Positions 38,804 to 50,802 of a DNA stretch of 64,000 nt are shown here, one piece after another. A model generated the notes under the pieces. It was not told the origin of the DNA and did no database searches. It was given only the letters and a program-made list of their open reading frames with translations. Position numbers and translations under genes: made by a program. The DNA lies in the NCBI GenBank assembly GCA_951406725.2, contig OX597816.1, forward strand, positions 135,904,001 to 135,968,000, written 5' to 3'. Numbering within the stretch: position 1 is the first letter of the stretch; each line of letters begins with the position of its first letter. Source of the stretch: Octopus vulgaris (lineage: Eukaryota).

Positions 38804-39773
38804 TAATTAAAAATAATTGTTCAGTCAGGAAAAGACAATATTAGTCAATGACCAATGTTATTTTAATGATTCCGAAAAGCACGAATGATAGATCTGGCAT
38901 GAATCAATCTTATTAGCCTCCTCAGTGAAGACACAGACTTCACAGTATTTGCTGAAGCAATGAGGAGGCAATCAAATAAGTAAATGAACAATAATGTTCA
39001 GTAGTTGGCAAGGAAAATTTCGAGGATAAGCCACAAGAGAAATACCTATTTTAGATCTTAAGGGTCATACTTATCTTATCCTATATCTAAGAGAAATTAA
39101 AGAAATATAAAGTCTTTGTTAAATGGACAGTTGCTGTTGACCAGGTTGATATAATGTCTCTCTCTTTCTGAAGCTCTGACCATTTGCATTTTGTTAAAAT
39201 TAATGAATATAAGTTCATGATTTTTAAAGGAAATAATGATCAATATAAAACAAATGTTTACATCAATATAGTTATAAATGATAGTTTCAGCCTTTAATGT
39301 AAACAAAAACCCCACAAATGTTATCTGTCGATAGATGTGCCAACTAGCTGTAAATAGGGAGGTAGAATTTACCACTGTTACCAACAGAGGCTTGGTTTAA
39401 TTAATGCCTTACAATACTGTGTTCAATTTTTTTCCTCTGGATAAAAGCCTGTGATATGTTGGGGTACAGAATTACCTCAACTTTAAATCCAACAAATATC
39501 ACCACATTTGTTACATGAAGGGATTTATAACTTAAAATGGACATTATTTTCCAAACAAAAAATTTAAAGCTAATCAAAAATACATATAAAGAAATTTGGA
39601 AAATAAATTCATTTTTTGTGATGTGAGGAAACATAGGATCAAACAGATGAAAATACACAAGTTAAAGGACAAAATTTAGGATATACAAATTATGGATCGA
39701 TGAGATGGTGGTAAAGGAGATTAGCAGTCTCATAACAATTACATTTTTTTTTTATTAAAATTCAAACAAAAAT

Positions 39774-39827
39774 TTATTCTTCTTGAATCCTGTATTTTTC
39801 AGGAAGAGTTTTCTTCTGTTGCTGTAT
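39774..39827 (-). other. Candidate terminal exon of an unidentified gene or pseudogene
   Basis: ttatttcag|ATA; IQQQKKTLPEKYRIQEE*, followed by AT-rich UTR-like sequence. Confidence 0.3.
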
Positions 39828-40354
39828 CTGAAATAACAGAAATTATGACAATATTATAACACAAGCATAAAAAAAATAGGATGAAGATAATTTGATCATA
39901 AGAAATATATCATATGTACATATTCAAGTTAAACATCAGAACATTTTATTGCAATATAAACTTGTATAAGGTCTTAAGAAAGAGAAGACCATATCTGTAG
40001 CATGTTGATGAAGTGAAGCCGCAACTGCAACTTTAATTTATGACTGAAATTAATTTTGAGTTAATTCTTCTCAACCAATTAGCTGTTAGTGTGATGCTAT
40101 ATTAGCTTGCATGCCTATTCACTGAAAGACATAGAATCTTATAGTAACAGAAACAGCTCAATATCAGCCATTTCCAATAACCAATCAGTAATTATGACAT
40201 ATTATCAGGTACACTTAGTCACTGATAACTCGCAGCTCACATACCAGATTTTTACAGAAGTACCAGAAACAACGGCTGACATTTCTAGCAGCTAGCAATG
40301 ACACAACATGAATTACACATTTACCAATAACAGTCAAACTTCAAAAACTTATAC

Positions 40355-40435
40355 CTTGCTGCCTTTGTAGCATGCAACTTTCACATTTTCAAGCCCTTCA
40401 ATTTTCATTGTGTAAACACAACAGTGCAGAACTTT
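40355..40435 (-). other. Candidate exon of an unidentified gene or pseudogene
   Basis: ttcttcttgtag|AAA ... AAG|gtataa; 81 nt; KVLHCCVYTMKIEGLENVKVACYKGSK in phase 0. Confidence 0.3.
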
Positions 40436-42288
40436 CTACAAGAAGAATTACACCACTATGCTCATTTCTTTTCAATAAAATTTCAAAGTTTGCAAGTATT
40501 GTTCTTCACATGGTAATTGAAGCCTTATATTAGCAATAATTTTATCATATCATTCAGGTTTGTCGCAGTCAAAGAATATCTTAGGTTATCCTATAAATAA
40601 TGCCCCAGTATTGTGTGAGAAGAAAAGTTTTCTAAATTTCATATTTTATTAAAATTCCTTCATTAACATAATTATCATAACCAATTGATGACCTTTTTGC
40701 AATAATTTAAAAACTTTCTAATACCATTTGCTTTCATTTGGTGAAAAAGAATGTACAGAGGGTAGTTTCTACTACATGCGTTTTGAGAACCAGTCTACCA
40801 AAATGACCATAGACTTCGAAATTGGTGATAATCAGATGAAGCAAGGTAAGGAGAGTGCTTCCTGACAAAGCACTTTATCTGGAAGGGCCCCCATTTTTTA
40901 TTTAAAGCATAGAGACTCAAGTAAATTTACATTTTCTCAATATATACATGAAACGTTGAAAACTACTGTCAAAGCTGTTGCACAGCCTTCACCATTAATT
41001 TTTTGCCCTTCTTCCATTATCCTACAGTATTCCCTGTACTATATTATGATACAATGTACTGTGAGGTGTGTAGTGCTATTTCAGGACACCTGCAACCAAA
41101 TTTCAAGCAAGGGTATAACAAAAGTTTTCCATTATGATTTATGATTAAATTAATGAGTAAGGTTAATATTTGTAATGAATTTGCCATTTTCGATGGGTGT
41201 GTAGTGCACACCTTGTACACCCAGAATATATGCCCCTGATACACACACACACACACACATATATATATACACATATATATTTATGTTCAGCTTTTGCTGA
41301 ACAACGTGCACAAATGTTCATGTTGCACAATAGCTTATTCTCTCCATCAAATCAACATTGTTTGAACAGGTGCATGGTGTACCATGCATCAGGTGTCAAA
41401 GTGATCACAGAGCAATGTGAGATAAAGTGTTTTGCTTTAGAATACAATGCACCACCTAGTCTAGGAATTGAAATCATGATCTAGCAACTGTGAGTGTAAT
41501 ATCCTAACCACTAGGTCATGTGCCATCACATTACACACAAAGACACACACACACACAAATAGGAGTGTATAACATAATGTGGCATAGTTATAGATGTGTG
41601 GTCCCTCACTCTGACTTTGCTTCCTCATACATTTTGATGAAGTGTATGAATTATCAGTCCAACCTAACAAAAAAAGTACTTTTCTCCATCAAATTCCAAC
41701 ATAACTGTAATCTACATTACCTGAAACATATTTGTAAAAAAAAAAAAACATTAAAATATGCATTTTTCAGAAATTTATAAAGAAACAAAGTTGAGAGTGA
41801 GGACAAACACTTCTGTAGTTGCCTACAATGTATTTACAAATGTGGAATGGCACTAACCCTAATATTTTGCTCCAGAGAAACTTCTCAAAAAGACATGTGT
41901 TAAAAACAACAGGGCCTCACTCAAAATGTTGATTGATCTGTGAAAAATACCTCAGACATTCTAAGCCAAACCAAAACATTTTCTGACATTCGTTTCGTTC
42001 AGTCATGTATATACATACATACATACATACATATTGATATATAATTACACACACATGCATATACATAGACATTTATACACTTAGTTTACAACTGATCTAA
42101 ATGATTAGGTACACTAGGTAAGTACTGTAACGGATTACTAGGGCTCCAAGGTTATAGCTGAGACAGTATTTATGGAGCCATTGCAGATTTCCGATGCAGA
42201 AGATATATAATTGCTAAAGAGAGCAACAAACGTTAAGGCAAGGTAAACATCTCAAGTCATATTCATTATTATTATCGGAAAAAATTCA

Positions 42289-42344
42289 GTCTTACAGCTG
42301 TTTCTGTAATATCCCCAAGTGTGGAATATTCTGTCATCAGAGAC
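42289..42344 (-). ncRNA. Minimal hammerhead motif
   Basis: GUCU-CUGAUGA-...AAUAUUCC(loop)GGGAUAUU...-GAAAC-AGCU-GUA-AGAC; base of stem II mismatched. Confidence 0.65.
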
Positions 42345-42394
42345 AAATAGGGAAAATGAGAAGGGTATACATACCCTTCTCATTTTCCCTATTT

Positions 42395-42450
42395 GTTTCT
42401 GATGATGGAGTATCCCATACTCAAGGATATCCCAGAAACAGTTGTAAGAC
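42395..42450 (+). ncRNA. Minimal hammerhead motif
   Basis: GUUU-CUGAUGA-UGGAGUAUCC(loop)GGAUAUCCCA-GAAAC-AGUU-GUA-AGAC; core intact. Confidence 0.7.
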
Positions 42451-42959
42451 TTTGAATTTTTTCTAATTATAATAATGTATAGGACTTGAGCTATTTGCCT
42501 TGCCTTAGCTTTTGTTGTCCTCTTTAACAATTATATATATATATATATAGGGGTAAATTATGAAAAATCAACGAAAATGCATATTGCAAATAGAAAAAGG
42601 CTATTTATGACAGGTAGTGACAAATATATACATTTAGATTGACTGAGGTAGTAATACGAGTCATAAAGGTCATTATTTTGAGATGATTATAAGATGATAA
42701 TAAAGTAAGAGAACAAAATGAACCAATGGTTTACGCGAAGCTTGCACATATGTAAATATATATACATATAGTCATACATACTAAATATATACTAATTTAT
42801 ATAAAACTTGCTGTGATTCATCTTGCAAATTAAGATGTTATACTCTATGTTGAATTCTGTCTCATCTTAAATTTGTATTTCCAAACCCTCTGGTGTATAA
42901 CTATCATTGTATAGACAATAACCAGTGTGGAAATGGGGCAATTTTTTATGGGTATATAA

Positions 42960-43790
42960 GAATTGAAAGTGAAAATTATGTATGTATGGACCCAAAGGAG
43001 TGACAATCCCAGAGTCCAGTAGAATGCGTGATCTCAGAATTGATATGAACAACAATGCTTCATTTCACATGCATGTCACCTAGATGGTAGCAATGCGCAG
43101 GCAAATTGCTGGTTGGATTCTGAAAACTTTAAGAACAAGAGACCAGGAAACTATGTGGGTTCCATGGAGAACATTTGTTCTCAGCTGTCTGGACTACTGC
43201 TCTCAATTGCAGTTACCCCACTGTCAAATCTATAACAAAACTTGAGGCAGTTTAGCAATGCTACATCAGGAAGATTGCATCAATAGAATAGCTGAGCTAC
43301 TGGGAGAGGCTGAAAGAGCTACGACTCTACTCCCTGGAGTGAAGATGGTAGAGATATGTAGTGATATAGATATGGAAGATCCTGGAGGAGTTGACACCAA
43401 ACTTTGATATCAAGAGCTATACCAGCCCCCGAACTGGATGTCACTACACTGTTTCAGAGGTTGCTGCCACCCCATCTCGTGTAAGGACCACATACTGCAA
43501 TAGCTTGGAGTTTAAATACCACAGCTATTTAATACCTCACCAAAACATCTGAGAGATCTACATGGAGTAGAGGTAGACGTTTTCAAGAAACAACTTGACT
43601 TCCTGCTGTCCAAGGTCCCAGATGAACCTACACCACAGCAAGAAACTCAGAAGAGAGCAGCAATATCGAACTCCCTCCTTCATCAAAAGCCAATTACATA
43701 TGAATGGCTACTGAAAAGGTGATAACATTGGCAGTGTTCCAACATGGCCACAGCCTTTGAACTGAAATGTGTAAAACAGCAAAAGAATGC
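42960..43790 (+). mobile_element. CR1/L2-type LINE 3' fragment
   Basis: GWILKTLRTRDQETM...FVLSCLDYCSQL; LSYWERLKELRLYSLE; VFKKQLDFLLSKVPDEP. Confidence 0.8.
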
Positions 43791-43864
43791 ATGTGTGTGT
43801 GTGTATATATGTATATATAATTATGTTTGTTTTTATGTTGTTATAATAATGTTTTTGGTAGAGA

Positions 43865-43960
<96 letters not shown>

Positions 43961-44499
43961 TCAACCCCAACTATTAAGTAATATTTTAATTTAATGTAAA
44001 ATTGTTTTTATTACACCATAAAAAAACATATATTCACAAACAAACAAACACACACACATACACACAGAAAATGAGTAAAAATAAGGAAAAATACAAGAGG
44101 GACAAATTTTTACAGAGATGTTAGTCTAATGCTTGAAAGGAAAAGGAAAGAGTCTTGATGTTTCAGACACTTTTCCTTCATTATGATCCATTATTGTTGT
44201 TATACTCACAAACATTCTTGTAATTTCTTAGAGTTGGTAACCTGACATTTGAACATGCTTATGATTGGCAAACTGTAGACTTATGAATACATTGTCATTT
44301 TTCTCTAATTACACAGACATTTTACTGACTAATGCAGCACACGTTTATATACATTTTTATTTCATCAGCAGTATGTGGTTTGGAAACTAATTAATTTCTA
44401 TTTCTGTAAATTCCATCAATCATTCATAAAAGATGTATATATACTCATGTTTTAAGTTCTATTTTCCTGTTTCCATTACCAAACTTTTGTGTGTGTGTG

Positions 44500-44548
<49 letters not shown>

Positions 44549-45542
44549 GAACAGGCCATGCTTATGTAGGTTGTTTTAGGTGTGGCTTTTATTAGATATG
44601 TATGTATTGGTTAAAACACTTTTTATGAAAAATAACATCTTTCTCTCTATGCTATCTTTCCAAATTAGGAAGCTATCATGTAGCCTTCTTGCTTTCTGAT
44701 ATTTGTGTACACATGTTTTCTCATCTGTCACTATACACCCAGTATGGTGTCAGAGAGTGTTTGGAAAAAAGCAGAGCTAAAGCAGCATGAAACCCAATAG
44801 ATAGAAGAAGCCGTCTGTGTACTACAGGGGAATTTGATATATATGATAATTTATGTGTTCACGATATACAGATGGGTAATATATTTCTGGAATTTGGATA
44901 ATTTGAAAGAAAAAAAAAAAAATTAAATGTAGATGCAGTAATATGACAATCCTTGTATTTGGGACATTACTTTCACTTTTGCCATTCTGAATTTAGAACT
45001 ATTTTGTTTCATGACCTTTGAAGAATGTTTCTCTTTCAGGAGTCATGCCTACAACCAACTTACTTGTCATAGGATTAAGACTTTCTGTGGTATTGTCCTT
45101 TTTTGTTGCTGTTATGCATACACACATATACACCCCACCACACAAACACATATAATGTTTCAAGAGAACATGTAATTATGTTTTAGAATAATAGTTTCCC
45201 AAAACACATCACACACAGCTTCTTTTCTTCTAATTTTATCTTTATCTGATTTGATATTACTATTGTCTAGGTTCTGTCTGCTATTTCACCATTTTTATTC
45301 TTATGTCAAAATTATTGTTTCCTCCCAATGTAAGCAACATACAATGCTCAACTGTTGCATAATGTAAGAGCACACTTTTTTATACAAGTCTGAAGTGCCA
45401 CTCTAATGTTTAAAACCACAAATATTATGTAACTTTTCACGTGAAACTTTTGCATGCAATGGCGTTAAATCCAGTGTGGTACCAGAACAATTGTTAATGG
45501 TCATTAAAGATGTGCTAAGCTTTTTCTCTGTGTTCATATTTG

Positions 45543-45574
<32 letters not shown>

Positions 45575-45791
45575 CATACATACATATATACATACACACA
45601 CACACATACACTGTGATGCTCCAGCATGGCCACAGTCAAATGACAGAAAAATCCTTCAAGTGCTTTAAGATGTTGGTACACACAAGTGCACACACATTTT
45701 GTGAGATCCACTTCTTTTAAAAACAGGTCTATTTTTTAAAGCACGAAAGATGTTTCTTTTCAAAAATGGTGATACTTGTGTTGAAGCTTAC

Positions 45792-45901
45792 CGCAGGACT
45801 TGCTTCTTTTGCCGATTGCTTATTTTCTTCAAAGAACTTTATTCTGTCAGTGTTGTTGTAAGTGATATCCATGTCTGGTTCTTTCTTTTTCATTGAGTTA
45901 C
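45792..45901 (-). other. Candidate exon of an unidentified gene or pseudogene
   Basis: aaacag|GT ... GCG|gtaagc; open frame NSMKKKEPDMDITYNNTDRIKFFEENKQSAKEASPA; non-repetitive. Confidence 0.35.
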
Positions 45902-46567
45902 CTGTTTAATAATTCATTTGTGATTTTGTTCTTTATTGCATGGGAACTTTCTTGGGACATGTTTCATGCATACATTTAACATTATTGGCATATATTCGAT
46001 CCTTTTTACCATATTTCTGTTGAAATACACTGACTTTGTTTCAATTTTTGAAATAAAGAATTTAGTGAAATAACTTCATTATTAAATTGTTTGGAAAGTA
46101 TACTAACATGAAATTTTGATGCCAATTGAGACCATTCTTATCTCGATTATGCAAAGCTTCAGTTTTTAAAACAGGAGGTTTGTTTAATAAAAATAGGAAT
46201 GGTCTCAATTGGGTTAATATCAAAATGAGTAAAGCATATATTTAACTAGAAAATTCTTTAATTTATATTCTCTAGGATGAATTTGGGGACAAAGCAAATT
46301 GAATATCTTTTCCTTTATTGATTTCCGGTGAATCTTGTGGATAATTATGTTCAGGGAGTGTTTGAGTGCTTTTTGTAAAGTTTATAATTGTGGTGGCCTT
46401 GTGTATTGATGTGAGTAGCTTTGTGTATGCTGTAACTAGATCAGCTTATGCACTTTTCTCTCTGTTGACTTTAAAATACTGTATTGTTTCGCTACAGTGA
46501 CAACATGTGTTTTGGTGTAAAAATAGTTCCTGTGTCAAGTCTCCCACAAATGATTGTACTGGCATCT

Positions 46568-46778
46568 TTTCCACTCTAGGCACAAGGCCTAAAATTTTTG
46601 GGGAAGGGACCAGTTGATTAGATCGACCCCAGAATGCAACTGATACTTAATTTATCAACCCTGAAAGGATGAAAGGAAAAGTCAACCTCAGCAGAATTTG
46701 AACTCAGAATATAAAGACAGACGAAATACCGCTAAGCATTTTGCCTGGCATGCTAACATTTCTGCCAGCTCGCTGCCT
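46568..46778 (-). mobile_element. MetaSINE-type SINE with 17-bp TSD
   Basis: Head ggcagcgagctggcagaa; core cctttcatcctttcagggttgataaattaagt; TSD tgattgtactggcatct at 46551-46567 and 46779-46795. Relatives at ~2581-2830, 9210-9345, 24600-24745, 57510-57707 and 60720-60928. Confidence 0.88.
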
Positions 46779-47739
46779 TGATTGTACTGGCATCTGTAAT
46801 AGAAGCACTTTTGCTATTGATGCCTTGTAAAGTATGAAGATTGCTTGGTGTGCTTGCTTTCAACCACATCTTTACTATATGCTCATTGGTAGACATCATC
46901 AAGGCTTGGGGATAAATATAGTGGTAATTTCTCAATGTCTATAATTATCATGAATGTGGTACCTAAAATTTACTGATTTTCTCTCCATTGATAAGACTAT
47001 TTATTCGGGGGATTTACTTGGTAATGTTGTCGTCCTCACTATTTTCAGATCCAGTTTTAACAACATCAGTTTAGTTCCCTTCTTTATGCACTTCTGCAGC
47101 TGAAGGTAGTAATAGTTGTCTTTGTGTTCTCCACATCATTCTTCTTTATGGTGCTGGTTATATCGCATGTTCGGATGGTGACCTTCATCAATGATGTACC
47201 TCTACTCAACTACCGAACTCTCACTACTGATGAATTGACTCAACAGAACTTGATGTCTAGTCTACTCACGGCTCCAGCTTGCTCTCTTGACACTTCTCAT
47301 CTAGCTATCACGTCCACTATCTATACATATTGGACTGACCTACTTATCGTCTGGGGGTGTCCATACAACAGTGTTTAAACACAGATATCAAATAATGTAT
47401 TTATGATTCCATTTAAGCAGCTGTGTTAGTTTTTTTAAAACCAGGAAAAATTTTCTTCCATCCAATTTGAGCAATGAACTATTGGTACCCATAGGTTATC
47501 AAAGCTTCTCTTCAGGTGACCAAATAACAGAGTCATTAGAATGTCTGATAGGTTACCTTATGCCATCTACTCTGGATTTCTGTACACTGAGTTCAAATAC
47601 TACCAAGGTCAGCTTTGCCCATCATTTTTTAAGGGTTGCTAAATAAATTACTAGTCCTATATTGAAGTTGATTCTTCTTCCTTCTCTTTCTGGAAGAAAT
47701 TGGTTGTATATATGGCTGGAAAAGGATATCAAAATTCAT

Positions 47740-48140
47740 GTCAAAAGAAATAATGCAGGTAACAAATTGTGGTGACTCTTGTTGTGGATTTCGTGTGAAA
47801 TAACTGAACAAGGAACAAACAAAAAATTTTAGAATAGGAAGGAATTGAAGATGAATGTAAACATGAGTTGCAAAATAAAAATTCCATCTACTATATCATA
47901 TGTTCGCAATGCAATGAGAACTATACTGGACTAACTGAAACAAAAATTATGAAGAACGTGAGAGTGCACAAACAGCAAATTAAGGATTCATGCCCAAGAA
48001 ATGTTCCATATATTAAATATTTGAGACATCTGAGCAAATGAACAATTCAAATAATTTCCTTCTTTCAAGAAATGAGAAGAATACTTTATAAGAATTCTGA
48101 AACTTAACAGGAAATAGTCAATAACTAAAAACAAATCTAT
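47740..48140 (+). mobile_element. Penelope-like element relic, GIY-YIG endonuclease region
   Basis: 47886-47984 reads IYYIICSQCNENYTGLTETKIMKNVRVHKQQIK (xIY...CxxC...Y(I/T)GxT...H), preceded by a Cys-rich linker VTNCGDSCCG; stops and frameshifts present. Confidence 0.7.
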
Positions 48141-48361
48141 ATGGATAACCCCTTAACACATGTGTTTCAAAACTGAATAATGAAAGTGTTACATACAATA
48201 CAAAAACATCATTCCAAATAGTTTGTGATATTCTGGTTTTTTAAAGATGTTTTTCTTTAAATAGTTAATTGTTAAGAAACCTTTTATTTAAATATTGTGA
48301 CTGCTTCATGTACTTTATGCAAAAACATTTTTCAGTATATATATATATATATATATATATA

Positions 48362-48553
48362 GGGAGAATTCACAAAAATAAAGCAAAATATGAAGACAGT
48401 GGTGTAGAAAACAAACAGATGTATTAGTATAATGCTCGGGAATTGAAAAAAGTCTTTAACATTTTGAGCCTACACTCTTCCACAGAAAAGAACACAGAAA
48501 GAAACAAAGAGAGAAAAACAATGTGTGTAGTGGCTACCGATGTATCATGGTGA

Positions 48554-48555
<2 letters not shown>
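48362..48555 (-). mobile_element. (TA)n-inserted short repeat, probable Penelope pLTR fragment (copy 1)
   Basis: Flanked by (TA)n on both sides; homologous to 57001-57178; hammerhead-like remnant at 48452-48490. Confidence 0.55.
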
Positions 48556-48586
<31 letters not shown>

Positions 48587-48589
<3 letters not shown>

Positions 48590-49010
48590 GCATGTTGGAC
48601 AGCACACAGGTATCTTCCATGGTGTCCATGGAATTGGTCCCCCAAAACGAACAGGGAACAAGGCTACTGGAGTTCTGTGATGCAAATAACCTATTGATCT
48701 GCAACACGAACTTCAGGAAGCCAGCTAGTCACCTGATAACTAATGAATCACTTAACTGTGCTAGCCAGATTGATTACATTCTCACCAGACAGCGGGATGC
48801 ATGGTTGCTCTTAAGTACAAAGACCCTCCTTGGTGATGAATGTACCCTGCAACATAAACTAGTCATTAGTGATTTTAGACTGCAGGCCACAGGGATGCCA
48901 AGAAGCAGACCAATCTGGAAAAGAAGGATTTGAAACTTTAAAGACTCTTCATATGGTCAGAGATTTAGGGACATCATAACTGAGGAATTTAATGAGAGCT
49001 ACAGACTTTG
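48587..49010 (+). mobile_element. RTE LINE endonuclease fragment
   Basis: NEQGTRLLEFCDANNLLICNTNFRK...SQIDYILTR...QHKLVISD. Confidence 0.85.
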
Positions 49011-49136
49011 GCTGTATTTTTCTTGCAGCTGCCTAGTACTAACTCTAACAGTTTCTTTGGCTGAACTGCTATGTTATAGGTACATAAACATATTAACAAC
49101 GGTTGTCAAGTGGTAGTGAGGGACAGACACACACTC

Positions 49137-49167
<31 letters not shown>

Positions 49168-49332
49168 CATACATATGACAGGACTCTTTCAGTTTCTGTC
49201 TATGAAATCCACTCACAAATTTTGGTCGGCCTGAGACAATAGTAGAAAGCACTTGTCCAAAATGCATGCTGTGAGATTGAATCGAGAACATGGGGTTGAG
49301 GTGAACTTCTTACCACGGAGGCATACCTGCTC

Positions 49333-49369
<37 letters not shown>

Positions 49370-49753
49370 ATACATATATGTCTACACATGTGTATTCATA
49401 TATATATATGGATATGTATATCTGCATATATAAATCGCAGTATGTGTGTGTATAATGGCTAATGTATACATTTCCACAATTCTCAACCGATTTTCATCAA
49501 ACTTTACACATACATTACTTGTGTTCCAATGACAGTCATGTACTATGACAATTTCCCCAGAGCTCCCGTGTAATTGAACATAAATGGACACAGTTATTTT
49601 GTATGTAGGGTCTTCCATACTTTTTTAATCTTTTTATAAAAGTAAAAGGATTTTGTCTATTTCTGCTGTCCACCTACAATGATTATTCAATTGACTAGGA
49701 ACACTGTACATGATGAATATCCAATACCAAACTATCTTAATCTACATATTTAA

Positions 49754-49975
49754 CCCTTTGGCATTTAAACCGGCCATATCCGGCCAAAAGTATTCTGCTT
49801 GTTTTATGTTCAAAACTGGCCAGGTCTGGTCTCTCACACCAACCCTACAATATCATTTTAAAAATTAACTGCTACCTCATCAAAATCTCATAGCTACAAG
49901 ATAATGCATGATTAGTTCAAAACAATGTGGATGAAGAAGCATTAATTATGGCAGAATAATGTGAACACTAAAGGG
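49754..49975. mobile_element. piggyBac-type MITE with TTAA target sites
   Basis: TTAA|ccctttggcatt ... aacactaaaggg|TTAA; other copies at 4520-4736, 4911-5123, ~21315-21530, ~24750-24895 and ~36912-37115. Confidence 0.8.
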
Positions 49976-50771
49976 TTAAACTGCATTAAACTTTGGCAAG
50001 CTTACCTTTATCTATTCTGAGTTATTTGAAAGGTAATGTTCCCTTCCCTTTCTTCTGTTTGTTGACATCTTTGTTTACCTTTGATACAGTTGTTTCACTT
50101 TAAGGATGCTTATTTACCCATCCATTATGGTATTTCGATTGTTGTCCATTGTTTCAAATACATTTTAGCATTGTCGTTCTTGCACTTTTTAAACAATCAC
50201 ATATGATTCATCCCAAATAATCAACCTTTAAATAAGAGTTTTGCTTCCACTAGCGAAAGCTATACATATCTTTCAGAAAGCTCCATACCAATTTAACTTT
50301 ATGTAACATTTGCTGTTAATTTATGTACAGGCTATGTGGGAAGACAGAATAAAGGGGATTTTGTTAGCTTATCTCTCCAAATAGCTCCTTTTGCAGTTGA
50401 ATAAAATAAACTTGCAGAGGGGAAGTTTCAATGTCTTCCTTCAATTTCATTACACCATTTATATGGCTGTTTCTGACAAGAAATTTCGCTTTCATGTAAA
50501 ACAACTATATTTTGAAGCCATTATCCATAATCTACTCCCAAAACACTTCAGGGGCTCTACTTTGCATCACTTGCAAACTTATATGTTCTGTGATCATTAA
50601 AGTGCAATGACCTCCACATTAACTAGCCTTCAATTTCATTTACCGTTCCTAGGTTAATTGGAAATATTGATTGCTGTACTACTCATAAACCTTCTTGGTA
50701 GTTCAATTATTTGGTGAAAGAAGTACCACCAAAGCAACTTAAACCGTCCATAGGATGAGTGTGTTTGCTCG

Positions 50772-50798
<27 letters not shown>

Positions 50799-50802
<4 letters not shown>

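Noticed and set aside
40380-40410. TGA-x-x-TGA as a UxxU selenoprotein motif
   Set aside because: No SECIS seen, no similarity to SelL or other known selenoproteins, and another frame is open; kept only as a remote alternative
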